A stretch of DNA of 63,686 nt, counting the filler, from Octopus bimaculoides (Eukaryota), in the NCBI RefSeq assembly GCF_001194135.2. It is 6 parts of 4 records of this genome, joined end to end, with 100 filler letters (N's around TTAATTAATTAA, not from the genome) between each part and the next. Parts side by side here need not be neighbours in the genome. Positions count along the whole stretch, not along the records: positions 1 to 17,613 come from NC_068982.1; 5 more parts are not named here. One strand, 5' to 3'. Under the pieces are notes generated by a model. That model was not told the origin of the DNA, searched no databases, and was given only the letters and a program-made list of their open reading frames with translations. Below, one piece after another: positions 1 through 12,758 of the stretch (its first letter is position 1; every line of letters begins with the position of its first letter). The translations under genes and the position numbers were made by a program.

Positions 1-35
<35 letters not shown>

Positions 36-745
36 GGCAAATCCAAATAAAAGCATCGAAAGTCAAAAGGACGTTGACAGTGAATATCTTAGGTTTGCAC
101 TTGGTTCAAGATGGAAAAAAGACGGCGTGTGTGACATTTTGAGCATGGTTCTTTGTCACAGGGCTTTTACTATTATTTCCACAATTTTACTATGCAGGTA
201 TGACATATGTATTAAACTCATTGAAAACCCAGTGCATATAGAGGTTTTTATTTTCTACTTAGTTTCATTTAAATGTTCCGTTGTAATTAATCTATTTCGT
301 AGTTCCTGCATTTCCTTTTTGATGTCACTCAACATAATATATTAATTTTCATTCCTTAAGGAATCGATTCTCCTGTTATTTGAAACACCTTACTTCACTG
401 TTGAAAAGGTTTAACAATATATACATGTATATATAAAATTTTATTTTTCCATCAGTTTCAACCTAAAGGATGTGACCATGCTAATCGTCGCCAGGATCAT
501 CATCTTTTCAATGGCCATTCCTATATGGTTGGCTTTTGGCAGAGGAGTGAACTTGATATCGCTGCCCTCATTTGAGTTTCTTACCATGATGTATATACGT
601 ATATCTGTCTGCTATCCACACACAAACACACACACTCTCTCTCTCTTTCTCTCACACACACGCATGTATATAAACGCTCGTACACGATTGACCTCTTATT
701 TCCAGATAACGAAGCTGTCCTTTTCCTCAATGGCATGTCAACGTT

Positions 746-1115
746 GGCTGTGTGGTAAGTAGCTTGCTTACCAACCACATGGTTCCGGGTTCAGTCCCAC
801 TGCGTGGCACCTTGGCAAAGCCTTGTGAGTGAATTTGGTAGACGGAAACTGAAAGAAGCCCGTCGTATATATGTATATATATGTATGTGTGTGTATATGT
901 TTGTGTGTCTGCGCTTGTCCCTCCAACATCGCATGACAACCGATGCGGGTGTGTTTACGTCCCCGTAACTTAACGGTTCAATAAAAGAGACCGATAGAAT
1001 AAGTACTAGGCTTACAAAGAATAAGTCCTGGAGTAGATTTGCTCGACTAAATGCGGTGCTCCAGCATAGCTGCAGTCAAATGACTGAAACAACTAAAAGA
1101 ATAAAAGAATAAATG
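746..1115 (+). mobile_element. tRNA-derived SINE, family A, near full length
   Basis: Head GGCTGTGTGGTAAGTAGC..GGTTCCGGGTTCAGTCCCAC (A/B-box-like), central (TA/TG)n tract, tail ending AATAAAAGAATAAA; the same sequence recurs many times in the window. Confidence 0.9.
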
Positions 1116-1772
1116 AATTTGAGATTATCTCCCGTCCCATGAAGAGCTGATTTTAATTGCCACTTGGTAATTATCACAAATTTTCTAGAGACGGGGACAA
1201 TTTTAATAAATCAAGATTTTGTGTTGTACACCGNNNNNNNNNNNNNNNNNNNNNNNNNNNNNNNNNNNNNNNNNNNNNNNNNNNNNNNNNNNNNNNNNNN
1301 NNNNNNNNNNNNNNNNNNNNNNNNNNNNNNNNNNNNNNNNNNNNNNNNNNNNNNNNNNNNNNNNNNNNNNNNNNNNNNNNNNNNNNNNNNNNNNNNNNNN
1401 NNNNNNNNNNNNNNNNNNNNNNNNNNNNNNNNNNNNNNNNNNNNNNNNNNNNNNNNNNNNNNNNNNNNNNNNNNNNNNNNNNNNNNNNNNNNNNNNNNNN
1501 NNNNNNNNNNNNNNNNNNNNNNNNNNNNNNNNNNNNNNNNNNNNNNNNNNNNNNNNNNNNNNNNNNNNNNNNNNNNNNNNNNNNNNNNNNNNNNNNNNNN
1601 NNNNNNNNNNNNNNNNNNNNNNNNNNNNNNNNNNNCTGTTCTAACGGCGTTTCTGCATTCGAAAAAAACAAAACAAAAACAAAAAAACAAAAACAAAACA
1701 AATTATCATCTTATTTGTATCGTACAATAAACATTTCGACACATAAAAAAACACAAACGTTAGCTTGTTTAT

Positions 1773-1830
<58 letters not shown>

Positions 1831-2071
1831 GAAACAGGCATTACATCATCTTTGGTCACCTCTAAGGTAAAGAGAACACAGTACAGGTTAAATGTAGAGT
1901 AAGAACTTTATTGAGGTAATCGACGGGTCAATGCTTCATATTGACGATTTGTTTCATCCTGGTAAGAAATCTGGGATGCGGAAATATGTCTTTATACGTT
2001 CAGCGATGGTAATGTGTGTATAAGAGTGGTTTCCTAATCGGAGTGTGGGTGTTTTTTTTATCTCAACTTCC

Positions 2072-2285
2072 TTTTTTTTATTTACTTGTTTCAGTCATTT
2101 GACTGCAGCCATGCTGGGGAACCACCTTGAAGAGTTTTAATAGAAAAATCGACCCTAGGACTAATTTTTTAAAGCCTAATACTTATTCTGTCAGTCTCTA
2201 CACCAACGCCGATTGTCAACCGGTGGTGGGGGAAAACACTGAAGCCGGAACTATATGGTTGAGAAGCAAGCTTCTTATTACACTT
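2072..2285 (-). mobile_element. SINE family A, rearranged/truncated copy
   Basis: Reverse complement of the family A tail (TTGTTTCAGTCATTTGACTGCAGCCATGCTGG) joined to a short head fragment. Confidence 0.75.
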
Positions 2286-2468
2286 ATCACCTAACATATT
2301 TAGGTTTTTGTTTGGTTTATTTTATTTTTCTATTCTATTTAGAGAATTTGAGTTAAATTGTTATTTGGCTGTGTATATATGTAATAATACAAATGATATG
2401 TGAGCATATGCATATATACATACATATATGTACATACCTACATCTACATGTATATATATATATGCATA

Positions 2469-2825
2469 TCCGGGTACAGGACGTCAAAAAAACGTGGACA
2501 AAAAAGGAACGGGAACATAAAGCACAAAAAACGAACTTTGTTTTACGGACAACAGAATAAACACATAGTAAAACAGACAAGCCACATATGGAACTTTTCC
2601 TTCATCAGCTGCCTCTATTCTAAACTAGGCGTTTCGAAGATGAGGCAGAACGCGCTCTTAGAATAGCTCTTCCCGCAAAGCAAAACCTGCTGTGCGGAGG
2701 ATTCCAAAATGGCAAACAGAAACGAAGGCAGGGAAAACTAAACAGGTAAACAAACGTTGAGGGCCGTTAAGCCGAACGAGATGAGATACTGAACGCTGTG
2801 ATGTGACGAACTTGAGCAGAGATGT
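2469..2825 (-). mobile_element. Dispersed repeat carrying the permuted hammerhead motif (possibly Penelope-like terminal repeat)
   Basis: Homologous to 9240-9581 in opposite orientation (shared AAGTTCGTTTT, CTTTATGTTC, CACGTTTTTT(G)ACGTCCTGTACCC); Penelope link is inference. Confidence 0.65.
2599..2653 (-). ncRNA. Non-circularly permuted hammerhead ribozyme motif, copy 1 (best preserved)
   Basis: Minus strand GCG-TT-CTGCCTC-AT-CTTC-GAAA-CGC-13nt-GAGGCAG-CTGATGA-AGG; stem I 7 bp perfect, stem III CGC/GCG, both core motifs intact. Confidence 0.7.
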
Positions 2826-3333
2826 ACGTATGTATGTATGTATGTATGTATGTATGTATGTATGTATGTATGTATGTATTATGTATGTATGTATATATGT
2901 GAGCGTGTGTGTAAGCGTCTGCGTGTCAACTGATGCAGCAGGTCTATGATGAATTTGAAGCAAATTCTGTTTTTTTTTTCTGGAAATCAAATTTGAACAA
3001 ATTTCTTTAGGCTGCAGTCGGAGTGTTGTGTGTGTATGTGTGTGTGCGCGCGCGTGTGCGTGTGTACGTGTGTGTGTGTGTGAAAGAGAGAGTGTGTACG
3101 CGAACATGTGTGGCTTAGTGAATGGTAAATTAGAAAAATGGGATTTTAATGGATTTTATAGAATAATAGAAAATGGCATTGAAGCATTGTTGGCAGTGGG
3201 GTCAAACGGTGTCAGTTAGCTGTAGAATTTAGGGTAAAGATCAGTCGGGTATGAATGTTAGCGAAAACATATCTGAATGTAAGCGTATGTGTGTGTGCGC
3301 GCACACGAGTGTGTAAGTATGTGTGTGTGCGTC

Positions 3334-3366
<33 letters not shown>

Positions 3367-3507
3367 ATGTGTATGCGCGTATGTGGAGAATGATAGTTTT
3401 GTGACTATGTTCACTTCATTATTTTATGACCAGGAATCTTTTGTACTTATTTCCAGGCTAAATTCAATTGAGACTTCTATTGAAAAAGAAAAAGAAAAAA
3501 AAAAGGG

Positions 3508-3996
3508 AGATTATAGAAATATGTTGTTGGAAATAACTGAATAACGAGAATACGTTGTTTTTAGTCATTGGATTATCAAAGTATGTCTCTTGGAAGTCTA
3601 AATTTATAGCAATATGTTGCTGGTTGTCAATTTATTACAAGAATATATTCCTTATAGTCGCTGGATTATAATATGTTTGCAAATTCTGGATTGCAGGAAT
3701 ATAGTTGCTTGAGATCACTGAATTATAGGAGTATGTTGTTTGTAATCTCCGGATTGCAGGAAAATATTACTTATAGTCACTGGATTATAGTGATAAGGTG
3801 TTTGTAGTCTGTTTATCAGGAATATGTGGTTTATAATCCATAGCTTATGAAAATATGTTAGTTGTAATCCAACAATTTTAGGAATATGTTGTTTACAGTT
3901 TCTGATGTATAGGAATATGTTGTTTGTTGTTGCTAGGTTACTGAAATATAATTTTTGTAGTGTCTAGGTTATAGGAGTATGTTAGTTACAGTAGCT
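3508..3996. repeat. Degenerate 31-bp minisatellite, 16 units
   Basis: Consensus approx. GGATTATAGGAATATGTTGTTTGTAGTCACT; 13 of 16 units are exactly 31 bp (others 25, 32, 29). Confidence 0.9.
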
Positions 3997-6379
3997 ATTT
4001 TCAGGTGATACAGTTTCACTTAAAAACACGAGAAAGATGATTGGAAGAGAACTGGAGATTGCCTTATCAGATATTGTCTTTACTCTTTACTTCATCTCTG
4101 GCAATACTAATTCAAATCAGCGTGGCTGTTTTTTATTGTTGTTTTTTGTTTTAGTTTCAAGTCAACCTTTATTCGTCAGACTTATCTTCAATAGCATTCC
4201 ATCTCTAAAAATTCTCCTATTTTTCTGGTGTAGTATATCCAGGAATACATTATTCACTGCGTCCGTGCCTATGATAGATAGTCGGAAATCAAAATTTATT
4301 GTCCTACTTAATCTGGAAACAACACTTAGATGTTTACTAGACGTCCATCAGGGTAGAATGTTGCTAGCAGATTCCAACTCACCTGACAATTACGTTGTAC
4401 AGCCAATCATAGTTAATGAGCATGAAGGAAATAGTTACTTGGTTTAATGAGGTCATGCACTGGTGATGGCAAATTTACATACCTATAACTTTTATGTCAA
4501 GATGATATACTCTATAATTAGGGACTGTGTTATATACTAGAAGAGTTATCTGGCGTTGCCCGGATGTCGATTGTGAAGAAGCATTTTTAAAAAACTTACC
4601 TTATAGCATGTTTTTTTTGGCATGTAATTATATTTGCATCTATTTTTTTATTGTAAAGCATATGTCTAAAGTTGAATTTCTCTTAGTTTCTCTGATGTGC
4701 AAAGCTTTTAAGATTGTATTTATTAAGAAATTTAAATATTCCCTTTACGCTTCTTGTAATACTAAATTAATATGCAACGCATAAGACAGAAACGACTTTT
4801 TATTCAATAAGAGTTTTGGTGAAGATAATAAAAAGGCTCAACTCTAGTAACCGCAAGGCATTGTCCCTGAGAATTGTTGATGGTCATATAAAAAGAGAGT
4901 TTGATTGGAAGCTAAAGGCGCTTGAAGAGAAATTGTATATTTGATGGAATGATGGAAATGTGTAGCATTAAAATATCTTCCTTAGCAAAACCTGCCATAC
5001 GGTGGTTTCCACTACATGGGAGATAAGAATTTTGACAGCTACTCTTGTAATGTTATAGAGTTTTGCTGCATCCAAATTTCGTAGCAACCTAATAAGTACT
5101 CATTTTGTGTTACGTATTGTAAAGAAGGACACTAGACTGGGGAAGAAAAGAACTGAGGAACTGTTTGATAGCTGACAGCATCGATAACGCCAACTACAGT
5201 GTGAACTGGTTTGTATAATCTTGATTAGGCTGGTATTTGTTTAATGATAGAGGGATTCATGCGAAATGATATTTTTGGGAGCAAGTACGGCACGTTTACA
5301 AAGTCAGTTGTAATTTCTATATTTCTGTAATAGGCTAGGGATAAATATTCAGTAGCATTTCTTGCGAAGTGCTGATTTATTATTTCCCATTTTTTTACTC
5401 GTCTGATAGCTGACTATTGCACGAATCAAATAAAACTTTTCCAAACAGGGTTGCTGAAATATTTTATAAAGTCTAGTTCTCATGTTGGTAGAAGGATGAT
5501 GATTTCCCCATTCGTGTTCAAGTACAGGAGACTTTGAGTCATTCTCTCAACTCATCAACAGGTATATTCTTTAGAATGACTGGCAGTGTTTGCTTGAAAT
5601 CATCAGAGAGAAAGACTGTAATTTGACCCATTCAGACAATATAAAACAGCTCTATCTTTAGAGCAGAGCATAAAACCCCATACTACTCTCACTATACTAT
5701 CACCTTATTACAACTATTAGTTTTTCAACATCTTTTTTTTTTTTTAATCGTCACTGTTTTACGCATTGGGGGACCTCGCAACTGATATTTTTTCTTCATG
5801 CATTATTTAGTGACGATTTTGGATTTCTGTTCTACACTTACACACACTCGGTGCGTGCGTATATATACACTATGTGCGAGTGTGTGTGTGTGTATATTGT
5901 TGACATATTGAATACGTTCCAATGTATTCGAACGGGATGAGACCTTTAGCTGCGAAGATAGACAAAATTCTCCACTGAGGTATGTGTTAAAATACATTTG
6001 TCATGGATTAGGGATGACGTCATTGGATTGTGTAATGCATGCGTTTCTACGTCGTTCGCTTCGCCAACTACAAAAATCAGATCAGTCTCTCACATCCTGT
6101 TAGAAACAAAATCATTCTTATTAATTCAAGTATACAAAACGTTTGGTGATTTGTGGAAAGCTCGGTCGAGCTGGAATTGAATAAATAATGTTGCACGAAA
6201 CAGCATGAAGTTATATGTAGTACGTTTCGGGTGTGATTAGGCCTTCATGTTTTTACACATGTGTAGGTAGAAAACTATTCCCCGAGATTATCGCCGTAGT
6301 TAAATGTCTAATCACACCTGAATAAATTTGAACGTGTTAACTTATATAACTTAGATATGTTTCAGTCAAAGATTGGCCC

Positions 6380-6820
6380 AGGCCATGTCTAACTTAATAG
6401 CACCACCTGACAGGGCCTTTAGAGTTACTTTTAAGCCAAGTTTTGTGGCATTATGATCAATTCAAGCAGGTAATTTGTCCAGGTTTCCTTTAAAGGTGAT
6501 GGGATCTTTTTCTTCTTTGATTTGTTTAGGGATATTGTTAAATAAAGCAGGGTCCGCTGATGAAAACTAATTGTGTTGCAGTGAATTTATGTGGTGTGAT
6601 CCTGAATTGTGTAGAGGGAGTATGGCACGTGGCTCCAGCCTTGAAGGAATTCTGAATATAATATTAAGGTCTTTTGGGTGATGCTAGTGGTATATTCTCC
6701 ACATTGTGTAAATCATGTAGTGCTCAGGGCAGCGCTGGAAAGAATACAGTTTCAATGTTTTAAGGCAGTAGCAATAATGAAGACCAGTCACGTCTTTAAT
6801 TATTTAGTGAGTGCTCTCTA
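6380..6820 (-). mobile_element. CR1/L2-type LINE, 3' end remnant
   Basis: Minus translation LKTLKLYSFQRCPEHYMIYTMWRI..DPALFNNIPKQI..FKGNLDKLP resembles the C-terminal tail of CR1-group ORF2. Confidence 0.7.
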
Positions 6821-6888
6821 GGGTAACTCAATTCTCGTAATGTTTGTTTTGTGAGGGGAGACCACAGGGGACAACAGTATTACAGTAT

Positions 6889-6920
<32 letters not shown>

Positions 6921-7079
6921 NNNNNNNNNNNNNNNNNNNNNNNNNNNNNNNNNNNNNNNNNNNNNNNNNNNNNNNNNNNNNNNNNNNNNNNNNNNNNNNN
7001 NNNNNNNNNNNNNNNNNNNNNNNNNNNNNNNNNNNNNNNNNNNNNNNCACGCACACACATACGCACGCACACACATACG

Positions 7080-7150
<71 letters not shown>

Positions 7151-8164
7151 GACTGTTTAGGTAATTAAAATTGTAAATCTTTAATAAAAGACAATTTAGC
7201 TGAGCTGTGAAAAGTAAACATAGAAGTCACACCGAAGTCTTATCTCTCTATAAACAGAAGAAAGAATCGACCTGATTAGATACAAATTCTGTTAAGAACG
7301 CGTACCCATTTCTTGTTCTCAGAGAGAATTTTAGCTTTTAGCTATTTATAATGTATGCAACCTCGGAGATAACTAAGTTGATCTATTTAATTTTTTGTTA
7401 CTGTGCAACCATTGACAAAACGAATTAATTAATAAATTCCTATCGCACTATACAGTGTTTTTGAAATTAATTTCAAAGATAAAGTAAAACTGCTGCGTAA
7501 TGCACTGTTAATTGATTAATTAGATAATTAATTCATGTTTGTTTACATTTCTCGTATGAGATTTATTCTTGGCAATTTTCGGTGTTTAGAAATGTGGGAG
7601 CAGCCAGTGTGAGTGTAACAAAATACGAAACACGTGTCGACGGATTCCTTGCTCTCAACTAACGAGGACTCGGTGATTGCATCAACAGGAAGAAATGCGA
7701 CTATTAAAGAGTGAAAACTATTCCGTGTTCTAACATAACATCCACTTTAACTGGCGTTAAATATTATCTTTTGGTATTAACCTTGCTTCAGTCGCTAATA
7801 ATAACTTTTTTAATTATCCCATTGGCTATTCGTGACACCAGTGCCTCATAGTGCTCTGGGATTCCATGTACATCGCTAGCGGAGATATCACTGGTATTTG
7901 CAGCGGTCGAACGTCTACCATTGACAAGGCCAGGTAAGGCCAAAATCATGTGGTCTAGCAGTCGTTGCGGCGGAAATTGCGTTTTTTTTTGTATCTCCTA
8001 CTAGGGATCTAAGTAAGATTGCATTTATGACCTACAAATCTATATATGAGGTTCTCTCATTGCAATTATCGAAGTATTCTGTGTTCTTACTCAATATCCA
8101 GTTTTAAGTGAGAATAAACATCTGTTGGTATTAATATTGCTTCTGTCGCTAATAATTATTTTAC

Positions 8165-8230
<66 letters not shown>

Positions 8231-8319
8231 GTCTGTCTGTCTGTCCGTCGTCCGTCCGTCCGTCCTCTGCCTGTCTGTCTGCCTACCTGTCTGCCTGTCT
8301 GCCTGCCTGCCTGCCTGCC

Positions 8320-8392
<73 letters not shown>
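8165..8392. repeat. Compound tetranucleotide microsatellite (ATCT/GTCT/CCGT/GCCT)n
   Basis: Direct reading. Confidence 0.95.
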
Positions 8393-8994
8393 GAGTGTGT
8401 GTGTGTATATGTATGTATAGTGACACTAACCTATTAATGAAATTCAACATTATCTTATTAAGTACATTAATACTAAATCAGTGATTGAATATTTTAATAC
8501 TAACCTATTAAATATATTAGCGCTAACATTACTCTGAAATATATTACCTCTTATTTCCTACTTACGTTAACATTAATTTACCTATTAAGTATGTGAACAA
8601 TAATTTTAGTNNNNNNNNNNNNNNNNNNNNNNNNNNNNNNNNNNNNNNNNNNNNNNNNNNNNNNNNNNNNNNNNNNNNNNNNNNNNNNNNNNNNNNNNNN
8701 NNNNNNNNNNNNNNNNNNNNNNNNNNNNNNNNNNNNNNNNNNNNNNNNNNNNNNNNNNNNNNNNNNNNNNNNNNNNNNNNNNNNNNNNNNNNNNNNNNNN
8801 NNNNNNNNNNNNNNNNNNNNNNNNNNNNNNNNNNNNNNNNNNNNNNNNNNNNNNNNNNNNNNNNNNNNNNNNNNATATATACACACATATATATATGTAG
8901 GTATGTACATATATGTATATATGCATATATATATATTATTTATATTATTATATATCTTATATTATTATATATTATATATTATTTATATTATTAT

Positions 8995-9581
8995 ATGATC
9001 GAACGCTACGCATTTATTTCCAAGTAAGTTTTATCTTAATAATCCAGATGCGCACTCTACAGTTTCTATTCTCCCTTCACTTCTTCTTTCTCTTCCTTTC
9101 TCTCCCTCACTCTCCTCCTTGACTCTCTCGTTGCTCACACGTGACCAGCGGCTATCGTTCTTTTTTCCTCTTGCTTTACTAGAGATAAGATCTACTTTTT
9201 CCCGTCTCTTGTCACAGCTCCTTTCTCCAGCGTTCACCACTTAACCTCGTTGTGGCTTAACAGCCCTCACCGTTTGTTTTACTGTTTTGTTCTTACTGGC
9301 CTGTTTTTGTTACCACTCTAACCCTCCGCAAAAATCCCAAATTTTATTTAATTTGCTTTGCGTGAAGGTTTGTTTTAACGAAGTCGCGTCTTGTCCTAAC
9401 CTTCAAAGCGCAGAGTAGATAAAACAGGGGACAACTGATGAAAGGATTGTTCTTTATGTTGCGTGTCTCGTTTCTCAATTTGTTTCTTTCGTTGTCTGAA
9501 AAAAAGTTCGTTTTCCATGTTTTTGTTGTTTCTTTATGTTCTCAGTTTTCATTTTGATCACGTTTTTTACGTCCTGTACCC
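8995..9581 (+). mobile_element. Dispersed repeat with CT-rich 5' part, permuted hammerhead and T-rich 3' part
   Basis: Homology to 2469-2825; ends ACGTCCTGTACCC before (TA)n. Confidence 0.65.
9386..9445 (+). ncRNA. Permuted hammerhead motif, copy 2 (GAAA decayed)
   Basis: GCG-TC-TTGTCCT-AA-CCTTC-aaag-CGC-16nt-GGGACAA-CTGATGA-AAGG; GUC triplet, stem I 6 WC + 1 GU. Confidence 0.6.
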
Positions 9582-11770
9582 ATATATTCATGTATATATA
9601 CATATATATATGTAGGTATGTACATATATATATATATATGCATATATATANNNNNNNNNNNNNNNNNNNNNNNNNNNNNNNNNNNNNNNNNNNNNNNNNN
9701 NNNNNNNNNNNNNNNNNNNNNNNNNNNNNNNNNNNNNNNNNNNNNNNNNNNNNNNNNNNNNNNNNNNNNNNNNNNNNNNNNNNNNNNNNNNNNNNNNNNN
9801 NNNNNNNNNNNNNNNNNNNNNNNNNNNNNNNNNNNNNNNNNNNNNNNNNNNNNNNNNNNNNNNNNNNNNNNNNNNNNNNNNNNNNNNNNNNNNNNNNNNN
9901 NNNNNNNNNNNNNNNNNNNNNNNNNNNNNNNNNNNNNNNNNNNNNNNNNNNNNNNNNNNNNNNNNNNNNNNNNNNNNNNNNNNNNNNNNNNNNNNNNNNN
10001 NNNNNNNNNNNNNNNNNNNNNNNNNNNNNNNNNNNNNNNNNNNNNNNNNNNNNNNNNNNNNNNNNNNNNNNNNNNNNNNNNNNNNNNNNNNNNNNNNNNN
10101 NNNNNNNNNNNNNNNNNNNNNNNNNNNNNNNNNNNNNNNNNNNNNNNNNNNNNNNNNNNNNNNNNNNNNNNNNNNNNNNNNNNNNNNNNNNNNNNNNNNN
10201 NNNNNNNNNNNNNNNNNNNNNNNNNNNNNNNNNNNNNNNNNNNNNNNNNNNNNNNNNNNNNNNNNNNNNNNNNNNNNNNNNNNNNNNNNNNNNNNNNNNN
10301 NNNNNNNNNNNNNNNNNNNNNNNNNNNNNNNNNNNNNNNNNNNNNNNNNNNNNNNNNNNNNNNNNNNNNNNNNNNNNNNNNNNNNNNNNNNNNNNNNNNN
10401 NNNNNNNNNNNNNNNNNNNNNNNNNNNNNNNNNNNNNNNNNNNNNNNNNNNNNNNNNNNNNNNNNNNNNNNNNNNNNNNNNNNNNNNNNNNNNNNNNNNN
10501 NNNNNNNNNNNNNNNNNNNNNNNNNNATATATAACACCCACTTAATTCTTATGTTTTTGTGGTGCAGCAATTTTTATACTCTTATAAAAACAGTTCTCAC
10601 ATATCTGTTACCAAGTGACTTTTGACAAATTTGGAAGTTACAACATTGCATTAATCTTTTCTGAAAATCTGACCTTGTGATTTTTATAAATTTAATCTTT
10701 TATTGGTTACAGCTAGTTGGCTGTGTCCTTGCTGGCATTTACGAAGTTTCTGTCTGTTCTTCTCACTGGAGAGTGTCGGCAAATTTTTAGTAAAACAGTA
10801 TTCTGCAACCTTATTTCAACATTTTAATTAAAGCCATCGAAAAATGAATGAATATCACCACAATTTAATAGATATTCTCTGTTGAAAGCATTTGTAGAAT
10901 CATGTCTGTTTGAGAAATTTATATAGCTTTGTGAAGCTGGTCGTAGTTATTGGACTATAAACGCGTGCTTTAATAGATTGAATTCAAGCAATTAATAGGT
11001 ATTGAAATGTTAACGAGCTATATCGAACTAATTAGAAAAGTAGTCATTGGTCTTTATATGCATGTATGTACCTAATAAGAATCTAGGCTAAGCTCTATAG
11101 TATACATGAATAGGAGAATAATAAAGGTAACCGTTGAATAATCACTACTTTCACATAGTGAGATTTATTCTATAGCCAGCAGCCTCTGTAATTTGGTGTA
11201 TTTTCTCGGTATTACAACCATGAAAGACTAATACATTGGCACTATTCCCGAAAGAGTTGCTGCTGAAAAAGAAATGCGTATTCTGAAGTTTTCATGCTTC
11301 TGTACATTCGGAATACCTTGACAGTTTGAGGAATTTCGAAATAATTGTTTGTCCATTTTATCAATTCATGTTTTTAAATCTACTACTTTCTATCATTCGA
11401 CTTGAGACTTTTAATATCTTTATGGAAATAAACTGTTTGCTGTTCAATCCTCGCTTTGTAGAGGTGAAATAGAGTGCAAGTCTCATCAACCAAATCCAGC
11501 TGAGTATCATACGGTAGCTACTTTATCAACGCCCGAGGCTGAAATGATGCAGAAACCTCAATGTGGTTTAAAATAAACTGAAAACAGTCTACTGGACTAT
11601 CTGAAAGCATCTAGTGGACTGTCACGATCAAGAATTCGATTATATGCTTACTCGATGAGGGATGACCGGGAACTACACAATGACAATAACACTCGAAACC
11701 ACTAAAGGACGTGAATTCAGAGCATCGAGGCAACATAATAACATGAACTTACATATATCCCTATACTTAT

Positions 11771-11985
11771 TGGTTTCAAATTTTGGTACAAGGCCAGCAA
11801 TTTCGTGGGACGGGGTAAGTCAACTACATCGACCTCAGTACTCAACTAGTACTTATTTTATCGACCCTGAAAAGATGAAAGGAAAAGTCGACGTTGGCGG
11901 CATTTGAACTCAGAACGTAAAGTATTCTTTACTCTTATTGTCGCTAAGCATTTCGCCCGGAATGGTAACGATTCTGCCTGCTCGT
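11771..11985 (-). mobile_element. tRNA-derived SINE family B (Nin/Deu-like body), tail type 3
   Basis: TTTATCGACCCTGAAAAGATGAAAGGAAAAGTCGAC..TTGAACTCAGAACG body; tail TTTCAAATTTTGGTACAAGGCCAGC. Confidence 0.85.
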
Positions 11986-12091
11986 TACTTTATATATCAC
12001 TGTACATATCAGATATAAAGCATATATGTTGCATCGTATTAACATATGTTAACAAGTAGCTTACATTTAGTAAAACATATCTTACAATATT

Positions 12092-12144
<53 letters not shown>

Positions 12145-12560
12145 TTTAGTTTTCAGTTAACAATAACCACAACTCGGATAACCTTCATTAGTCACGCTAC
12201 CGCGAAATTAGTACATATCTTCTGAAACAGTGACATATGCCTTACATATATATTTTACATTTATTGACATATCTACAATGTAACAACATATACTTTAGAC
12301 ATATTAACATGTATTCTACATTTATTTATTAACATATCATACAATATAACAAGACATTTCATACACATAACAACATACATCTAAATATAGTTAGATAAAG
12401 CTTATATACAATAAGTTATACTCTATACAACGTATCATAAAAAACCCAACTTATATCTTAAAATATAATAACACATCTTATGATATAATTAACACACACA
12501 CACACACACATAATAAAATAGCATATATCATAAAACATAGAAACGTATATTACATATAAA

Positions 12561-12758
12561 TCTTTTCTACTCTAGGCACAAGGCCCGAAATTTTTGGGGA
12601 AGGGACCAGTCGATTAGATCGACCCCAGTACGCAACTAATACTTAATTTATTGATCCCGAAAGGATGAAAGTCAAAGTCAACCTCAGCGGAATTTGAACT
12701 CAGAACGTAAAGAGAGACGAAGTACCGCTAAACATTTCGCCCGGTGTGCTAACGTTTC
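12561..12758 (-). mobile_element. SINE family B, tail type 1
   Basis: Family B body; tail TCTACTCTAGGCACAAGGCCCGAAATTTT. Confidence 0.9.

Noticed and set aside
4004-4447. 136-aa ORF after an AG acceptor
   Set aside because: No recognisable domain, no donor, composition typical of AT-rich non-coding DNA.
6550-6575. CTGATGA at about 6557 as a hammerhead core
   Set aside because: Lies on the antisense strand of a CR1 coding remnant; no GAAA strand or stems found.
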